Made by a program: the position numbers and the translations under genes | Part shown: positions 26,601 through 39,635 of the stretch, in pieces | Position numbering within the stretch: the first letter of the stretch is position 1 | How the letters are laid out: the number at the start of each line of letters is the position of its first letter | The notes under the pieces: generated by a model | The model's database searches: none | What the model saw: only the letters and a program-made list of their open reading frames with translations | Told to the model about the DNA's origin: nothing | Assembly (NCBI GenBank): GCA_043228905.1 | Contig: JBHGNT010000069.1 | Location: 65,461 to 129,460, forward strand | Length of the DNA: 64,000 nucleotides | Reading direction: 5' to 3' | Source: Azolla caroliniana | Lineage: Eukaryota > Plantae > Polypodiophyta

Positions 26601-29600
26601 AGTAATTAACTCAACCTAATGGTCAATTGTCATGCTACTATTGCCTATGTCTTGGGTTCAATTCCCAATTTTCTCATATCCTCTCTACTCAACCTAATGG
26701 TCAGTTGACATGCTACTATTGCCTGTCTTCGGTTCAATTCCAAATTTTCTCATATCCTCTCTTTAGTGTCATGGCATGGTTAAAATTTTATGTTAGTGTC
26801 ATAATGGTCAGTTGACATGCTACTATTGCCTGTCTTCGGTTCAATTCCAAATTTTCTCATATCCTCTCTTTAGTGTCATGGCATGGTTAAAATTTTATGT
26901 TAGTGTCATAATGGTCAGTTGACATGCTACTATTGCCTGTCTTCGGTTCAATTCCAAATTTTCTCATATCCTCTCTTTAGTGTCATGGCATGGTTAAAAT
27001 TTTATGTTAGTGTCATAATGGTCAGTTGACATGCTACTATTGCCTGTCTTCGGTTCAATTCCAAATTTTCTCATATCCTCTCTTTAGTGGCATGGCATGG
27101 TTAAAATTTTATGTTAGTGTCATGTTCCTTTTTTTTCTTTCTTTGTTATTAGAAATTACCTCACCCTAGTGGTAAGTTGTTATGCCACTACTGCCTATGT
27201 CATATTTTCTTCATATTCTTGAATATACATTTTATGAGTTTTTGAAAGTTTGATTATAATTTATAATGACATATTTTGATTCAATCTCTATAGTTCATAC
27301 TCATTTTTTTGTAAAGTTCTAAAGTGAGGAGGATAGAGATGTCTTCATTCTTAATTAAGAAGCATCCCAAAGGCATGCATGTGATACGATGCAAATATTG
27401 CAACCATACTTACGTTGCTGGTTCACAATGGATTAGAGTCCACTTATTGGGGTTGAGAGTGAATCAATATATAATATAGACCATAGTCAATCCAAACCAA
27501 CTTTGAGATGATTTACCATATACACGTTTGATTGAATCATTCTCGAATGCGAATGCACGTATGTTACGTATGGTTCATTCTATGGATATAACATTGTAAA
27601 TGCTACAAGGCATACCTCATGGAAGCACTTGATGTCAGTTCCTGGAGAAAAGCTTCCCTATCTTCAATTAGACCCTCCCCTAGCAATTCCTAGAAGAACA
27701 ATTGAATGTAAAAAGATACACTACTTCCATCAATTGGACTCAACAATATTACCAAGTGTTCTTCTTAAAACATCAACGGCAGTCGATGGAAATGTTACAC
27801 AAACAGAAAGGGAGATTTTAAGAGCTTAAAATAGAGATCCACATAAGTACAGACATTTGTATATATGCATGTAGCCCATATGTAATATTCTGAGCATATT
27901 ACCAAAATAAAAGATAAAACCAACGATAGCATCATACTTCAATAAAGACAAAACAATGCCTATTATTTCCATCATAATACCCATATATATTGTTGACAAT
28001 AATCAACATAAAAATAATATTTAAGCAGCTGTTCTAGCCCAGCTTGTTGACCAGAATCAACTGCCAAATACAATTCAGGCTGTTCAGAAAAGTTTTGGTC
28101 CTTTCGGTGTTTGATGGTAATCAAAAGCTTTTTCTATATTTCTAAAGTCTAGGTCATTTCCAGTAACTTTAAAATGAACTCACCTTGAAAGCTTTCTTCA
28201 CATCTGTTACTTTCTGCATCCCACCACTTGATTCCTGTATATCTTCCCAATAACTTTTTAGATGGAATCCTTATAATTTAGCTTTCAGTAGATGGAAATC
28301 CTAAATTTGAGGCTTAAAATTATCATGAAAGTTCGACCTGTGTGATTTCACTATGCACTATCTCCACATGAGCATAAAACGAAAGAGCATGAAACCAGAT
28401 GATAATCTGCAAATCAATCAGAGAGTTCGCATGAAACCATGAAGTAAGTAAATGGTCTACATTTTACAAAATTTTCATCTACTACCTTAAGATCCTTGTA
28501 GCCAAATATTTTTCCCTCTTCACCAAAAAGGCGCTCTGCAAAATCTGGAGCAAACTCTGGGATTCTTCCCAATCCTTCTTCCATATCCTTTCGAGAGTGC
28601 ACTGCATCATTATCAAAACAATTTCAACAGTACAAAAAGAACACCATTGGTACATACAGTCATGACACTGAGGAAAGTAATCAAATGGAACGAAGTCAAG
28701 AGATCTAATTCTAACAGTTGAATTCATATAAATAGGTTTCACAGAAAAATTTGGAATTATACACAGAATTATAGATTCAGATTTCATAGTCAAAAACAAT
28801 TTCATAACACAGGAGCTGGAAGCCTATAGTCTGAATAGCTAAATATTCTATTCTAACATCAACATTAAACCTATCAGACCGTACTCATAACATAACACCA
28901 TCAAAAACTATTTGACATAAACATCATATTCATCAAATTCCTTTTAGGATATTGTTGCTGAATATCAATTTGCACCTAACACATGAGAGTTTTCAAAAAA
29001 AAACTTAAATGTACAGAAGGCAATGATAGCATTATTCCAAGCTATAAGCATAACAGTTGCCACAGGAATGATACCCAAATTTGGCATATCTTGTGGTATT
29101 CGAATATAAACACAAGTTAGCATGCATAGCAATCTTATCCCATGAGAAAGTGTCAAATACTACATGCTACAACACATTGACAACTCCATGATCTGGCTTT
29201 CCAAATACCTATCAAGAATGATTTGGCGACAAAAACATATGAGCATGTGATAAAGGGAGAGCTCAGCACCTATCATATAAAGCCAAATGTTCTTTTAACC
29301 TATGTTTACTTTCATTTTTCAACATTATATTCAAACCCTTATGGAAGCCATTATATTCCCATGAGAAAGTGTCAAATACTACATGCTACAACACATTGAC
29401 AACTCCATGATCTGGCTTTCCAAATACCTATCAAGAATGATTTGGCGACAAAAACATATGAGCATGTGATAAAGGGAGAGCTCAGCACCTATCATATAAA
29501 GCCAAATGTTCTTTTAACCTATGTTTACTTTCATTTTTCAACATTATATTCAAACCCTTATGGAAGCCAGTCTGCTAAGAAGGTTACACTGATATTACTA

Positions 29601-31131
29601 AACACTGGACCACATCGAAATCCCTTCACAAAGTTCTAATCAGTTGAGTGTAATTTATTCTGAGGTTGATAAAAGTATGATAGAGTAGGACAAACAATGT
29701 ATGATAGAGTAAATTCTTTGAGTAGAGTGCTCGTAAACCTCTATGTAATGCTGCATGGTCTTCTACATACTTTGAAGTTCTCTTTGTGCAAGCAGTTCAT
29801 TATTGATCTCATTATACAGTTTTCGAGAATCCATCAAATAGTTTGACAATAAGGTTAGTACTGGACTATTCAAGAGCAGAATAAATACACCGGTGAATAG
29901 AATACAATAAATGCATTTCTTCATTGGTATATTTATTCTGCTCTTGAATAGTCCTGAGTTTGAAAACAAGATTAGTACGTGCATTGCTATAGTTCATTTC
30001 ATTACTGTTCACCTTATTCTTCACTTCAAATAATTTAGAGCACAGTTAGTATGTGCACACAAAGAGAAAGTTCTCACCGAGGCGCAATGTGATGCAGGTA
30101 TTTGGATCCACACCAACATCTACATGGAGCAAAAAAGAAAAAGCAATGAGAAGATTAAGAAACTGCGAAGTATACCAATTGACAGCTACTGAATTCAGGG
30201 AAATCATATCCAATACAGATTGTGGTACTTACTTGATTCAAGAAAAGATTAAAAAACTGCAGTGAATGCAGAAGTAATACTTTGATGAGGAAAAAAGAAA
30301 TGAAATGATATGACAACACCAATGCTACAAAAGCTACTTAATACAGAAGAAGAAAATATGAGCATGAAACGGTCCAGCACAGATGATACTGATTAAAAAC
30401 TGCCTACCATAGAAGAAGGAAACGTGAACATGAAACGATTCCAGAAACTGCAGATTATAAAGATTGAATGACAACTTAATTCAGAAGAAGAAAAATACAA
30501 TGGACATGAAATGGTGCTGAAACCACAATATAATACAAATTACTTGATTCGGAAGAATAATTATGAAGCAAGGTATTTAATTCATAAAAGCAAAAATGGA
30601 CATGAAATATTAAGGAATTGCAGAGAATACAGTTTTAAAACTCTTAATTCAGTAGAAAGGAGAACTGAAAACTGAAGGCGAAAAAGCCAACAGGAGTTAA
30701 TGATTAAGAGCTATTCAATTTAGAATAGAAAAAAAGTACAGGAAAAATGTTTTCTTTTTATTCTGAATTAAGAAACCCGCAGTGAAGAAAAAAAACGCCT
30801 CTTAATTTATTCACGGATACAGATAAACAGCTATGTCAACTCGGAAGAAATAAAAAAATGAACATAAAACAGGTGTTCTTTCAAAGCTTAATCACGAAAT
30901 TCGCAAATAGAAAAGAAAACGTCCGCATCTATAACCATTGATGAAAAGTTAGAAATGCAATGAAAAGAAGAAGAAAATACATGCAAAATCAGAAGAAGGA
31001 AGAACGGATGGAACGAAGCGATGGTGTACTAAGTACTTACTCGCAGAAAAGCATACTTTACGCTGGCGTTTCGCGGGTTTTGGTTGGATCTCTGAGTCTT
31101 CTGTAGGGTGTATGCGGTCGGAAGAATCCAT
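23628..31131 (-). CDS. HAT1: Histone acetyltransferase type B catalytic subunit (GNAT family), multi-exon
   Basis: Exons ~31041-31131 (KRQRKVCFSA), 30078-30119 (VGVDPNTCITLRL), 28486-28601 (FGEEGKIFGYKDLK), 28338-28406, ~28184-28234, ~26168-26278, ~25243-25328 (WHSRLTPLALLFIE), ~24453-24610 (PIDKKDPRWEVY...GFCTVYRFFRYPDSTRLRVSQ) and 23628-24362 (ILVLPPYQ...EVTMEEPS). The middle exons near 27.4-28.1 kb are not fully resolved. Confidence 0.9.
26696..27123. repeat. 107-bp tandem repeat, 4 near-identical copies, in a HAT1 intron
   Basis: The unit AATGGTCAGTTGACATGCTACTATTGCC... starts at 26696, 26803, 26910 and 27017. Degenerate partial units flank it (~26460, ~26620, ~27165). Confidence 0.92.
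29138..29570. repeat. ~219-bp tandem duplication in a HAT1 intron
   Basis: CCCATGAGAAAGTGTCAAATAC...CCCTTATGGAAGCCA is repeated at ~29139 and ~29358. Confidence 0.9.
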
Positions 31132-31276
31132 GGGAGCTGAGAAGAATCGGAGAGTTCAAAACGAAAACAAAACAAAACAAATAAACCAGAAGAAGAATAA
31201 GATTTCCCGCGTTCGGGAAAACCTTCGTTTCTGTCTTCTTCGTGCTGGTCTTTCTTTTCTGCTGAACCTTTCTCTG

Positions 31277-31317
<41 letters not shown>

Positions 31318-32199
31318 GCATGTAATTCCTTTAGAGTTTACTAGTGAAAACTCAACACACGGAAATAATAACAAAAGGAAATGGGCACTCAAGAAAACAC
31401 ATACAACAAGGCACAAACCTTTGGACACTGCCCTCCAAACTTAGAGAACGTTTGCCTAACCAACTTTCCGTCCGAAGAAGACCGTACCATTCACCCAGCC
31501 TTGCCCCGCCCATATGTCCCAATGTCCCGAAAAATGTGTCGCCCACTCTTAGGAGAATGAGAAGCATTGATCGTTCCATTGATTACACCACATTGTTTTT
31601 GTCTGGAATTGTTCCCCCTTGTACACCCGAGTAAAACTGATGCACATCTTCCTTCGTGCATATGCTTTGTCGGGTGAGCATGTCCATCCATAATAAAAGT
31701 GCCATCCAGCCACGTGCCATCGACCCTTGCCGAATAAAATGTTAGATGTGTTACTCTCATCCTATATTAGTGCCTCCTTTAGACACCAATTGCGAGATTT
31801 GTGATTGGACGTCGAATAAAAAGCAATGTCGTTCCAATTTATAAGATTAACGCATATTCTTCTACAAACCACGATGTTGGTGGAAAAATGTGTATGTGTG
31901 TATGGAGTTTTGGTCTTCAATTTAAGCCAAGGGTAGACCTACAAAAGATGCTTATTGAAAATGTTATATGTTGGTTGATTCTTCAAATGAGAACGATATC
32001 TTTAGTCTAATTTGTGTATGATGTGGTGAATGATTGTAGACAAGGAGACATCCCATTATAATTCCTTGTGCAATTTTAAGGGATTTGTTTCAAGATGTAG
32101 CGAAAAAATTAGCGATGAAGGAAAAGGGGAATTCTCTGATCAAATGGACAAAACAAAGTATGATGATCACATAGAATGTGTGATAATTGTGCTCTAGAT

Positions 32200-32900
32200 T
32201 AAAAATGGACGAGGTTTAGATGGTTGTGTTATGTGAGTCATGGGATGTTTTATGTATAGTTGAGCATAAAGATCATCACAATACCATACTAGTTGGTTGT
32301 TCTATGTACATTATGTTATGTTGGCAAGTGTTTGAGGGGATTATTCAAGGATCGTGACGTTTATTAGAAATAGTTTTTGGCGAAAATATATTGTTTTCAA
32401 TGGAATTGGAAGATTTATGGTGGTTGAAATATGTTATGATCGGCAAGTTCTTAGGTTAGTTCGTGTGTATGCATCTAATGTTTCACAATAATGGAAGTTA
32501 TTACGGAAGTCGTTAGTTTCGATGCTTGAGAATGGTGGACCATGTTTATTGATAGGAGATTTTAATGTTTGTTGTGAGCCATGTCAATCAACATCTATTC
32601 ATTTTGTTGTGTATGGACCATAGGGTCCCCGGTCAATAGCGGGGGAAGTTTTATGACCGGCAAGTTCTTAGGTTAGTTTGTGTGTATGCATCTAATGTTT
32701 CACAATAACATAAGTTTTTACGGAAATAATTAGTTTCGGTACCTAAGAATGGTGGACCACGTTTATTGATAGGAGATTTTAGTGTTTGTTACGAGGCATG
32801 TCAATCAACATCTATTCATTTTGGTGTGGATGGACCATACGGTCAATAGTGGGGGAACTTTGAGACAAATGTTATATTAAGGGATATACGAACATGATAG
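32200..32900 (+). mobile_element. Degenerate LINE AP-endonuclease remnant with an internal ~218-bp duplication
   Basis: Translations VRVYASN and LLIGDFNV (APE motifs) at ~32458-32570, repeated at ~32676-32785. Confidence 0.6.
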
Positions 32901-32984
32901 GATAAGATGTTACTCATGATTGTCTACATAATATTTTCTTTTGGACTTTCTCTATTTCAATTCATGCATTAAGTGAGATAGTGC

Positions 32985-33058
32985 AACCCCACACCCCCAT
33001 TCCACAAAGCAACACTTGAACTACCATAACATCGAATAACATCAACCTCACTTCCCAT
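32985..33058 (-). mobile_element. LINE RT-downstream remnant forming the left flank of the gypsy insertion
   Basis: The minus strand gives WEVRLMLFDVMVVQVLLCGMGVWG, continuous across the CCCAT TSD with 40077-40420. Confidence 0.55.
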
Positions 33059-33513
33059 TGTTACGGGCATGACCATATAATATCCCGTGGTAAGAATTTA
33101 CCGTAGTATTCTATACACGTGGATAAGTGTGAGGGTTAAATGAGAGTGTAAAGAAGGGGAGGATTACTTTTAATCCTCGGGATTGAGACAACCCATTAGG
33201 TCAAGTGTGAACTTGCCTGGGGGCCTTGGGTTTCGCTATAAATAAGAGGCCTAGCTACCCTCATTGGATGATCTCTTGACTACATCGAGACTCTGCTCGT
33301 GTGGTGGGTCAACTCTTGTAGCGAGCGCGCCAGCACCAGGTACGACTCGACGCCACGGCGGTGGTATGGGACGCCGATCGAGGCTCGAGTCCGTCTCGAT
33401 CCCTTCGCTCGGGGGTGGTCGGGTGGATCGGCACCCTTCTTTCTCTTTCTCCTTTCTATCTATCTTTTCATTATCCTTATCTTAAGCTTACATTAGTATC
33501 TAGATCTATAATA
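33059..33513 (+). repeat. 5' LTR
   Basis: TGTTA...TAATA ends; TATA box TATAAATA at 33237; followed by the PBS. Confidence 0.95.
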
Positions 33514-33515
33514 TT

Positions 33516-33525
33516 TGGTATCAGA
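33516..33525 (+). other. Primer-binding site complementary to the 3' end of initiator tRNA-Met
   Basis: TGGTATCAGA located 2 nt after the 5' LTR. Confidence 0.85.
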
Positions 33526-35201
33526 TTTTTGTACTAATGTTTCTTTGTTTTTCATTTGTCTTTTGATTGATGCTGATCGATCGTTGTGCGGTTGGCCTTG
33601 ATCCAGACAACGATCAACAAAGAACTTCGGTAACTCTTTCCAGAATTTTTCTTTCTATTCTCTCTTCTCCCATCTAATCATGTGTTTAGTTTATATGTAA
33701 TTTTTTTCATTAAGTCAATGATGTTGTAGTGGTCTTTAATTGATTATCTAAAACGTTTACATATGTGCACGAGGTCAATACCTCGTTTGACATATTAATA
33801 ATATGTGATGAGTGTCGTATGCGTACGAGGTTAATACCTCAATTACGTATTACGTTCACGAACATATGTTACGTTTGCGTATGAGTTTAATACCTTGATT
33901 TGTTGTAAACGATATGCGTTTGGTCTCGTATGCGTAAGAGGTCAATACCTCCATTGCGTATTACGATGATCTCTTATTTGTGGATGTTTCGTGTGCGTAG
34001 AGGTATATACCTCGATTACGTATCTCGATCACATCATTTGTGGCTATTTAATATAACGATATGTTTAATATAGGCATATGTGGTCACATATATACGTATT
34101 TGATCGTATATATGTGATAAGTAAACATATGTGTATATTCGTTATTACGTGATTATATCGAAAGTTGTCCTTGTCGGGAAAAGGATGTTGGTGGCCGTCC
34201 TCACATTTTTGTGAGAATGGCGTTGTCACCATCCCTTTTTCAACATTTTTTTATTGTTGATAACCCCATTGACGACCTCGATTTCGTTACGTAAAGAAAC
34301 GCGAATAGCCAAAATGATGTTGAGTACGTAGGGCTTGACCCACTTCAAGTGAGGTCGCTCCAATGACGCACGTATCCAACATCCCTCCCTCGTTACATGG
34401 ATACGATGCCACCATGAGCTCGTTCTTACGAGAGGCATTCGTAATGACGTGACCATGTGATGGCCCACGTGAGCCTACTACGAAACGAGGGCTCATTTGG
34501 CTTGACCATTAGGTTGCACTTTGGCGTATGCCATCGTAATTACGAGACTTGAGGTTAGGTAACGTACCAACATAGTTTTGGTAAATGAGGGCGAAATAAG
34601 GACCCTTGCCATATATGTTCTTTTAAAAAAACATATATGATCAATTGCCTCGCATATCTCTTATACGCATCAAACATTAAGCATTCGAGAAGAGCAACTT
34701 ACTTGGTTGGCTCAAGTGTTTAATGTATTTGTTCTCGAGGTCTCGAGTTCAAATATGACAAAGACCATACAACATCCTTGATACATATGAATATAACACA
34801 TGTTTAGACTTAAGGTCTAAGTGCACCTCGGGGTCCTCGTAATAGGACTTAAAGAGCCGAAACCACATATGTGGGCACCGAAACATAGTTTATTGTTAAC
34901 ATTTTTTTCGTGTATAAACTATTCATGACGCGAACATACATGGTTGAGCCTCGGGGAGCCACCATGAAAAAATCGATATAGAGATCAGGGAAAGACATTT
35001 ATTTGTCACCCCCATGGTTTTTAAAACACCTTTGTGTTACCATAGTAACCTGATCTTGAACCTCATCTCATACGTCTAGAGGGGTATTGATGTGAGATAA
35101 TGATATCGATTAATGCTCGCCCATGATATGTTTACATCACGACAAGATGTTATGACTATATCTCTGACCTTATCCTATTTCTTTACCAGAAATAATCTTT
35201 A

Positions 35202-38200
35202 ATGGCTCAAATTAACGACCCGATGTCATCCGCTCAAGCGGAAGGAACTCAAGGGAATCCTCCTGGACAAATGTCCACTGAGATGTATTTGGCACAAATA
35301 ACCCAATACCTTAGTTTCACCGCTCAACAGATGACCGAACTTCGGCAATCTCAGAGTGCTCTTGAGGCACGTGTCATTAGTCTACAACGTGAGACTAATA
35401 GACCTGATGAGCGACAAGGTGAACCATCATTTGTCGTTAAGCCATTTACGGGAGACAAAAAGGAAAGAACCGAAGAAGCAATCTGCACATGGCTGGGACG
35501 ATGGGAGTCTCATTTTGAGCTCTATCCCACGCCAGATAGTACGAAGATTGCATATGTCGGTCGAGAACTCGGGGGTAAGGCCGCCGCCTGGTGGCGTGGC
35601 CTCCGTACTATGGGGAAATTGCCCGATACCTGGATAGATTTTGTCACGGTTTTTAAGGGCCAATTTCTGCAACCTCCCTCTCGAACCGAGGCAGCACAAG
35701 CTTTAATGAACCTCTCTAGCAGGAAATTTTCCTCGCTAGAAGACTATGTTCACCATGCTAGAACCCAAATCCAAAAATCGGGTCTAGAAGGGGACAATTG
35801 GTTGATAGCTTGTTTTGTCAATGGCATCCCCAATTCGGACTATCACTGGATAGTGCACGATAAGGATCCAAAATCCTTCGAAGAGGCCGTTGAAATAGTT
35901 CTTCGCTATCAACGCACTTCGAAGAAGGACCATAACAAACCCAACGAAGCGCCCGGGACTAAGCAGTCGCAATTTGTTGGGAAACGCAAGACACCCAACG
36001 AATTCCTGGATCGCGATTGTAAGCGACAACATCCTTTTTGTGTATTCTGCAAAAAGAAGGGTCATACAAAAGATCAATGTCGAAAGCTCCAACGGAAAGA
36101 GCACGACAACAAAGCTAAAGCTGCAGACCATAAAGGTCAGATTCCTAATGTCCTTCAGGTCTATACACATCATTTAAGTAATTGTCAATGTTCTTTCCCT
36201 CACTATGTATTGGGTCCCAATGATTTACTACGTGCAAACGGGTATATCAATGGATCTCCCGTACAATTTTTATTTGATTCGGGAAGCTCACACAATTTTG
36301 TGAATGATCGTTTGGTTCAGATATGGGGAATCCAACCCACCGTAAGTGATCACACCTACACGGTGCACTTGGCTGATGGAAGAGTACAATACATCAACGG
36401 GGCGATTCATTCATTAGGAATTTCTATTGATACTTATATAGAGGAAGTAGACTTCCATGTAATGAATCTTTGTACCACCGATGTAATACTGGGTTATCCC
36501 TGGTTTTATAATAAAAACTCTTCTTTATTTATTGATTGGGTTCGTCATTCCATTTCTTTTGTACTGAACGATTGTACGCATTTTATTCAATGTGTAAAAA
36601 AACAATCCCTCTCGATTGTTTCCTCGTGTCCATCAATATCCGAGTTGTCTTGTTCTACGTTATTTTATTGTGTACTTGATCCGGACATTCACGTTTACAA
36701 TATCGATAATGTCCCGATTCAATTAACATATTTTGAACAACAACAACTTGATGAAATCTTAAATGATTTTCATGATGTTTTTCCAAGTGAACTACCTGAT
36801 GGGTTACCTCCTAAACGTAATATAGACCATCGTATAGATATTGTACCTGGTGTTGCACCAATAAGTATACCTCCGTATCGCTTAAGTCGATCCGAAGAAG
36901 ATGAGGTATCTAAGCAACTCAAGGACTATTTACGAATGGGTTATATACATTATAGTAAATCTCCATGGGGTGCACCAGTTCTCTTGGTTAAAAAGAAAGA
37001 GGGCACATGGCGTATGTGTATTAATTACCGACGCTTGAATAAAGTGACGATCAAGAATTCGTATCCATTGCCCCGGGCTGACGATCTAATTGACCGTCTC
37101 CAGGGAGCTCGGTATTTTACGAAACTTGATCTCCGTACTGGCTACCATCAAATACGAATAAGTGAGGACGATGTTCCTAAAACGGCATTTCGTACGCGCT
37201 ATGGCCATTACGAGTTTTTGGTTATGCCTTTTGGTTTGACCAATGCTCCGGCTACTTTTCAACAAGAAATGAATGACATTTTCCGAGAACAACTTGGAAA
37301 ATTTGTCGTTATTTTCTTGGATGATATTTTAGTTTATAGCCGTACATTACAAGAACATGCTAGACATGTCCGCTTTGTTTTACAAACATTGCGTGACAAA
37401 CAGTTTTATGCGAAGATCTCAAAATGTGAGTTCTTCAAGAAATCAATTACTTATCTAGGACATCTCATAACCGAACGAGGAGTTGAAATTGATCCTTCTC
37501 GCATTGAGAAAATCAAGCTTTGGCCCACTCTTCGGAATATTCGAGAAGTTCGATCATTCCTTGGTTTTGTGGGGTTTTTGCGAAAGTCTCTTCGTAATTA
37601 CTCCCAATTGACGACGCCGTTTACTGATCTTTTAAAAGGTCAAACGCGTAAGTCTACAAAACCTATTGTGTGGAATGCTACACTAGACCTTGCATTTAAG
37701 GAACTCAAGGACCTAGTTTGCAAGGCTCCTTCACTTCTTTTACCTGATCCTTCAAAACCTTTTGAGGTTGAAACCGATGCAAGCGATTATGCTATAGGTG
37801 CTGTCTTGTATCAAGATGGTAAACCAATAGCATTCGAGAGTAAGAAACTTGATTCTGCTCAATGTCGGTATACCGTTCAAGAAAAGGAATTATTTGCAGT
37901 TATACATGCGCTCAAAACATGGCGCCATTATCTTTATGGAAATCACTTTGTGGTAACTACGGACCACGAGTCCTTGAAATATTTTTGTGACCAACAAGAC
38001 CTGAAAGGTCGTAAGGCACGATGGGTTGATCTCATCCAAGACTTTGATTTTTCCATACGATATCGTAAAGGTTCCATGAACATTGTCGCTGATGCACTAA
38101 GTCGCATCCGTGAAGTTAACACGCTTAGCTTCACTGAAATATCATCAGATCTTTATGATCACCTTCGAGGAAAGTATCCTGATGACAGTTATTTCGCAAA

Positions 38201-39635
38201 ATACTGGGCAAGAGTTGAGTCTGGAACAGACACCACCACATCCTCGAAGGAATACTTCCACATTGCTAACGGTTTGCTCTACCGTAATGGGAAGGTTTGT
38301 GTTCCACATTTACCCGAGGTCAAAAAGAGGATTCTTTTTGAATGCCATGATGCACCCTCAGCAGGGCACCCTGGAATACATCGTACACTCGTTCTCATCT
38401 CCACTCAATTTTATTGGCCTAAGATGCGTCCTGACATACATAGCTATGTGACTAAATGTCACCAGTGTCAAGTTAACAAAGCCGAGCGACTTAAAGCCGC
38501 AGGACTTTTACATCCCCTGGACATTCCCAATAATAAGTGGGAAAGTATATCCATGGATTTTATTGTTAGCCTTCCTCGCACCCAAAAAGGTCATGATGCC
38601 ATCTGGGTTGTCGTTGATCGACTAACTAAAATGGCCAGATTTATTGCTACTAAAACCACGGTAACAGCTCCTGAATTGGCTTACCAATTCGTTGACGAAT
38701 TGTTTCGTTTTTATGGGTTACCGATGGATATCATGAGTGATCGAGATCCAAAGTTTACTAGTGACTTCTGGACACAAGTCTTTAAGAAGTTAGAAACTAC
38801 GTTGAGCATGAGCTCCACGGATCATCCTCAATCCGATGGACAGACAGAACGAGTAAATCAAATTATTGAGGACATGCTTCGAGCATACGTTGGTGCAAAA
38901 CCAACAAAATGGGAACGTTATCTCCCAATTTTGGAGTTTGCTTATAACAGCTCCAAGCATACGTCGACGGGATATAGTCCTTTTATGTTGATGTATGGTT
39001 TTCAGCCACGAGCCCCGATTGATGTTAATATACATCATGATGAGTTGCGAAGTACGCAAAACTTTCTTCGGGATATGCAAGATATGTTGCATATTGCACG
39101 AGATAATATAAAAACAGCTCAAGATAGAGCGCGTTTTTATGCCGATCATCATAGGCAACCTCGTGTATTCAACCCTGGACAGAAGGTATTTTTACGTGTA
39201 CCTCACAATTCTAAGACATTGTCTACGAGTAAGTGCGCTAAGTTAGCCCCACGTTTTTGTGGACCTTTTACAGTCCTCAAACGCATTGGGTCATCAGCCT
39301 ATCGTCTCGCTCTTCCCGATGGTGTCGGAATTCATCCAGTCTTTCATGTGAGTCGTCTAAAAGAACTTCTAGGTTCTGGCGACAATACAGTTACAACTGA
39401 AACTCTGGTTACTTCTGAAGAATTATCTTCTAAACCACATGTACCAGAAAGAATTCTCGATGTTAAAACAAAAAAATTACGTACTAAAGAAATCCGAGAA
39501 TTCAAAATAAAATGGATGGATAAATCAATAAAAGATGCCACATGGGAACGCGAAAATACTCTTAGAACTAACTTCCCTAACTTTCCATTGCAAGAGTGCA
39601 ATGTTTTAAAGAGGGGGAGTATGTTACGGGCATGA
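35202..39635 (+). CDS. Gag-Pol polyprotein (Gag, CCHC knuckle, protease, RT, RNase H, integrase, chromodomain), 1477 aa
   Basis: [14 protein letters not shown]; [11 protein letters not shown]; RT motifs [21 protein letters not shown] and FLDDIL; RNase [10 protein letters not shown]; integrase HHCC plus MDF/SDRD/TERVN and GPF; C-terminal PERILD...IKW...ATWE chromodomain. Confidence 0.97.
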   Translation: MAQINDPMSSAQAEGTQGNPPGQMSTEMYLAQITQYLSFTAQQMTELRQSQSALEARVISLQRETNRPDERQGEPSFVVKPFTGDKKERTEEAICTWLGRWESHFELYPTPDSTKIAYVGRELGGKAAAWWRGLRTMGKLPDTWIDFVTVFKGQFLQPPSRTEAAQALMNLSSRKFSSLEDYVHHARTQIQKSGLEGDNWLIACFVNGIPNSDYHWIVHDKDPKSFEEAVEIVLRYQRTSKKDHNKPNEAPGTKQSQFVGKRKTPNEFLDRDCKRQHPFCVFCKKKGHTKDQCRKLQRKEHDNKAKAADHKGQIPNVLQVYTHHLSNCQCSFPHYVLGPNDLLRANGYINGSPVQFLFDSGSSHNFVNDRLVQIWGIQPTVSDHTYTVHLADGRVQYINGAIHSLGISIDTYIEEVDFHVMNLCTTDVILGYPWFYNKNSSLFIDWVRHSISFVLNDCTHFIQCVKKQSLSIVSSCPSISELSCSTLFYCVLDPDIHVYNIDNVPIQLTYFEQQQLDEILNDFHDVFPSELPDGLPPKRNIDHRIDIVPGVAPISIPPYRLSRSEEDEVSKQLKDYLRMGYIHYSKSPWGAPVLLVKKKEGTWRMCINYRRLNKVTIKNSYPLPRADDLIDRLQGARYFTKLDLRTGYHQIRISEDDVPKTAFRTRYGHYEFLVMPFGLTNAPATFQQEMNDIFREQLGKFVVIFLDDILVYSRTLQEHARHVRFVLQTLRDKQFYAKISKCEFFKKSITYLGHLITERGVEIDPSRIEKIKLWPTLRNIREVRSFLGFVGFLRKSLRNYSQLTTPFTDLLKGQTRKSTKPIVWNATLDLAFKELKDLVCKAPSLLLPDPSKPFEVETDASDYAIGAVLYQDGKPIAFESKKLDSAQCRYTVQEKELFAVIHALKTWRHYLYGNHFVVTTDHESLKYFCDQQDLKGRKARWVDLIQDFDFSIRYRKGSMNIVADALSRIREVNTLSFTEISSDLYDHLRGKYPDDSYFAKYWARVESGTDTTTSSKEYFHIANGLLYRNGKVCVPHLPEVKKRILFECHDAPSAGHPGIHRTLVLISTQFYWPKMRPDIHSYVTKCHQCQVNKAERLKAAGLLHPLDIPNNKWESISMDFIVSLPRTQKGHDAIWVVVDRLTKMARFIATKTTVTAPELAYQFVDELFRFYGLPMDIMSDRDPKFTSDFWTQVFKKLETTLSMSSTDHPQSDGQTERVNQIIEDMLRAYVGAKPTKWERYLPILEFAYNSSKHTSTGYSPFMLMYGFQPRAPIDVNIHHDELRSTQNFLRDMQDMLHIARDNIKTAQDRARFYADHHRQPRVFNPGQKVFLRVPHNSKTLSTSKCAKLAPRFCGPFTVLKRIGSSAYRLALPDGVGIHPVFHVSRLKELLGSGDNTVTTETLVTSEELSSKPHVPERILDVKTKKLRTKEIREFKIKWMDKSIKDATWERENTLRTNFPNFPLQECNVLKRGSMLRA

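Noticed and set aside
30160-30900. Degenerate ACTTAATTCAGAAGAAGAAAA-type repeats in HAT1 intron 1
   Set aside because: Too degenerate and A-rich to define a unit; likely an old minisatellite with no evidence of function.
33264-33496. ORFs repeated at 9185, 11945, 33264/33299 and 39827/39862
   Set aside because: They lie in the GC-rich part of the LTRs and recur only because the LTRs recur; several start at non-ATG codons.
33760-34025. Leader hairpin array as a CRISPR array
   Set aside because: Eukaryotic retrotransposon context, no cas genes, degenerate repeats, and spacers related to each other rather than unique. Reported instead as a cis-element candidate.
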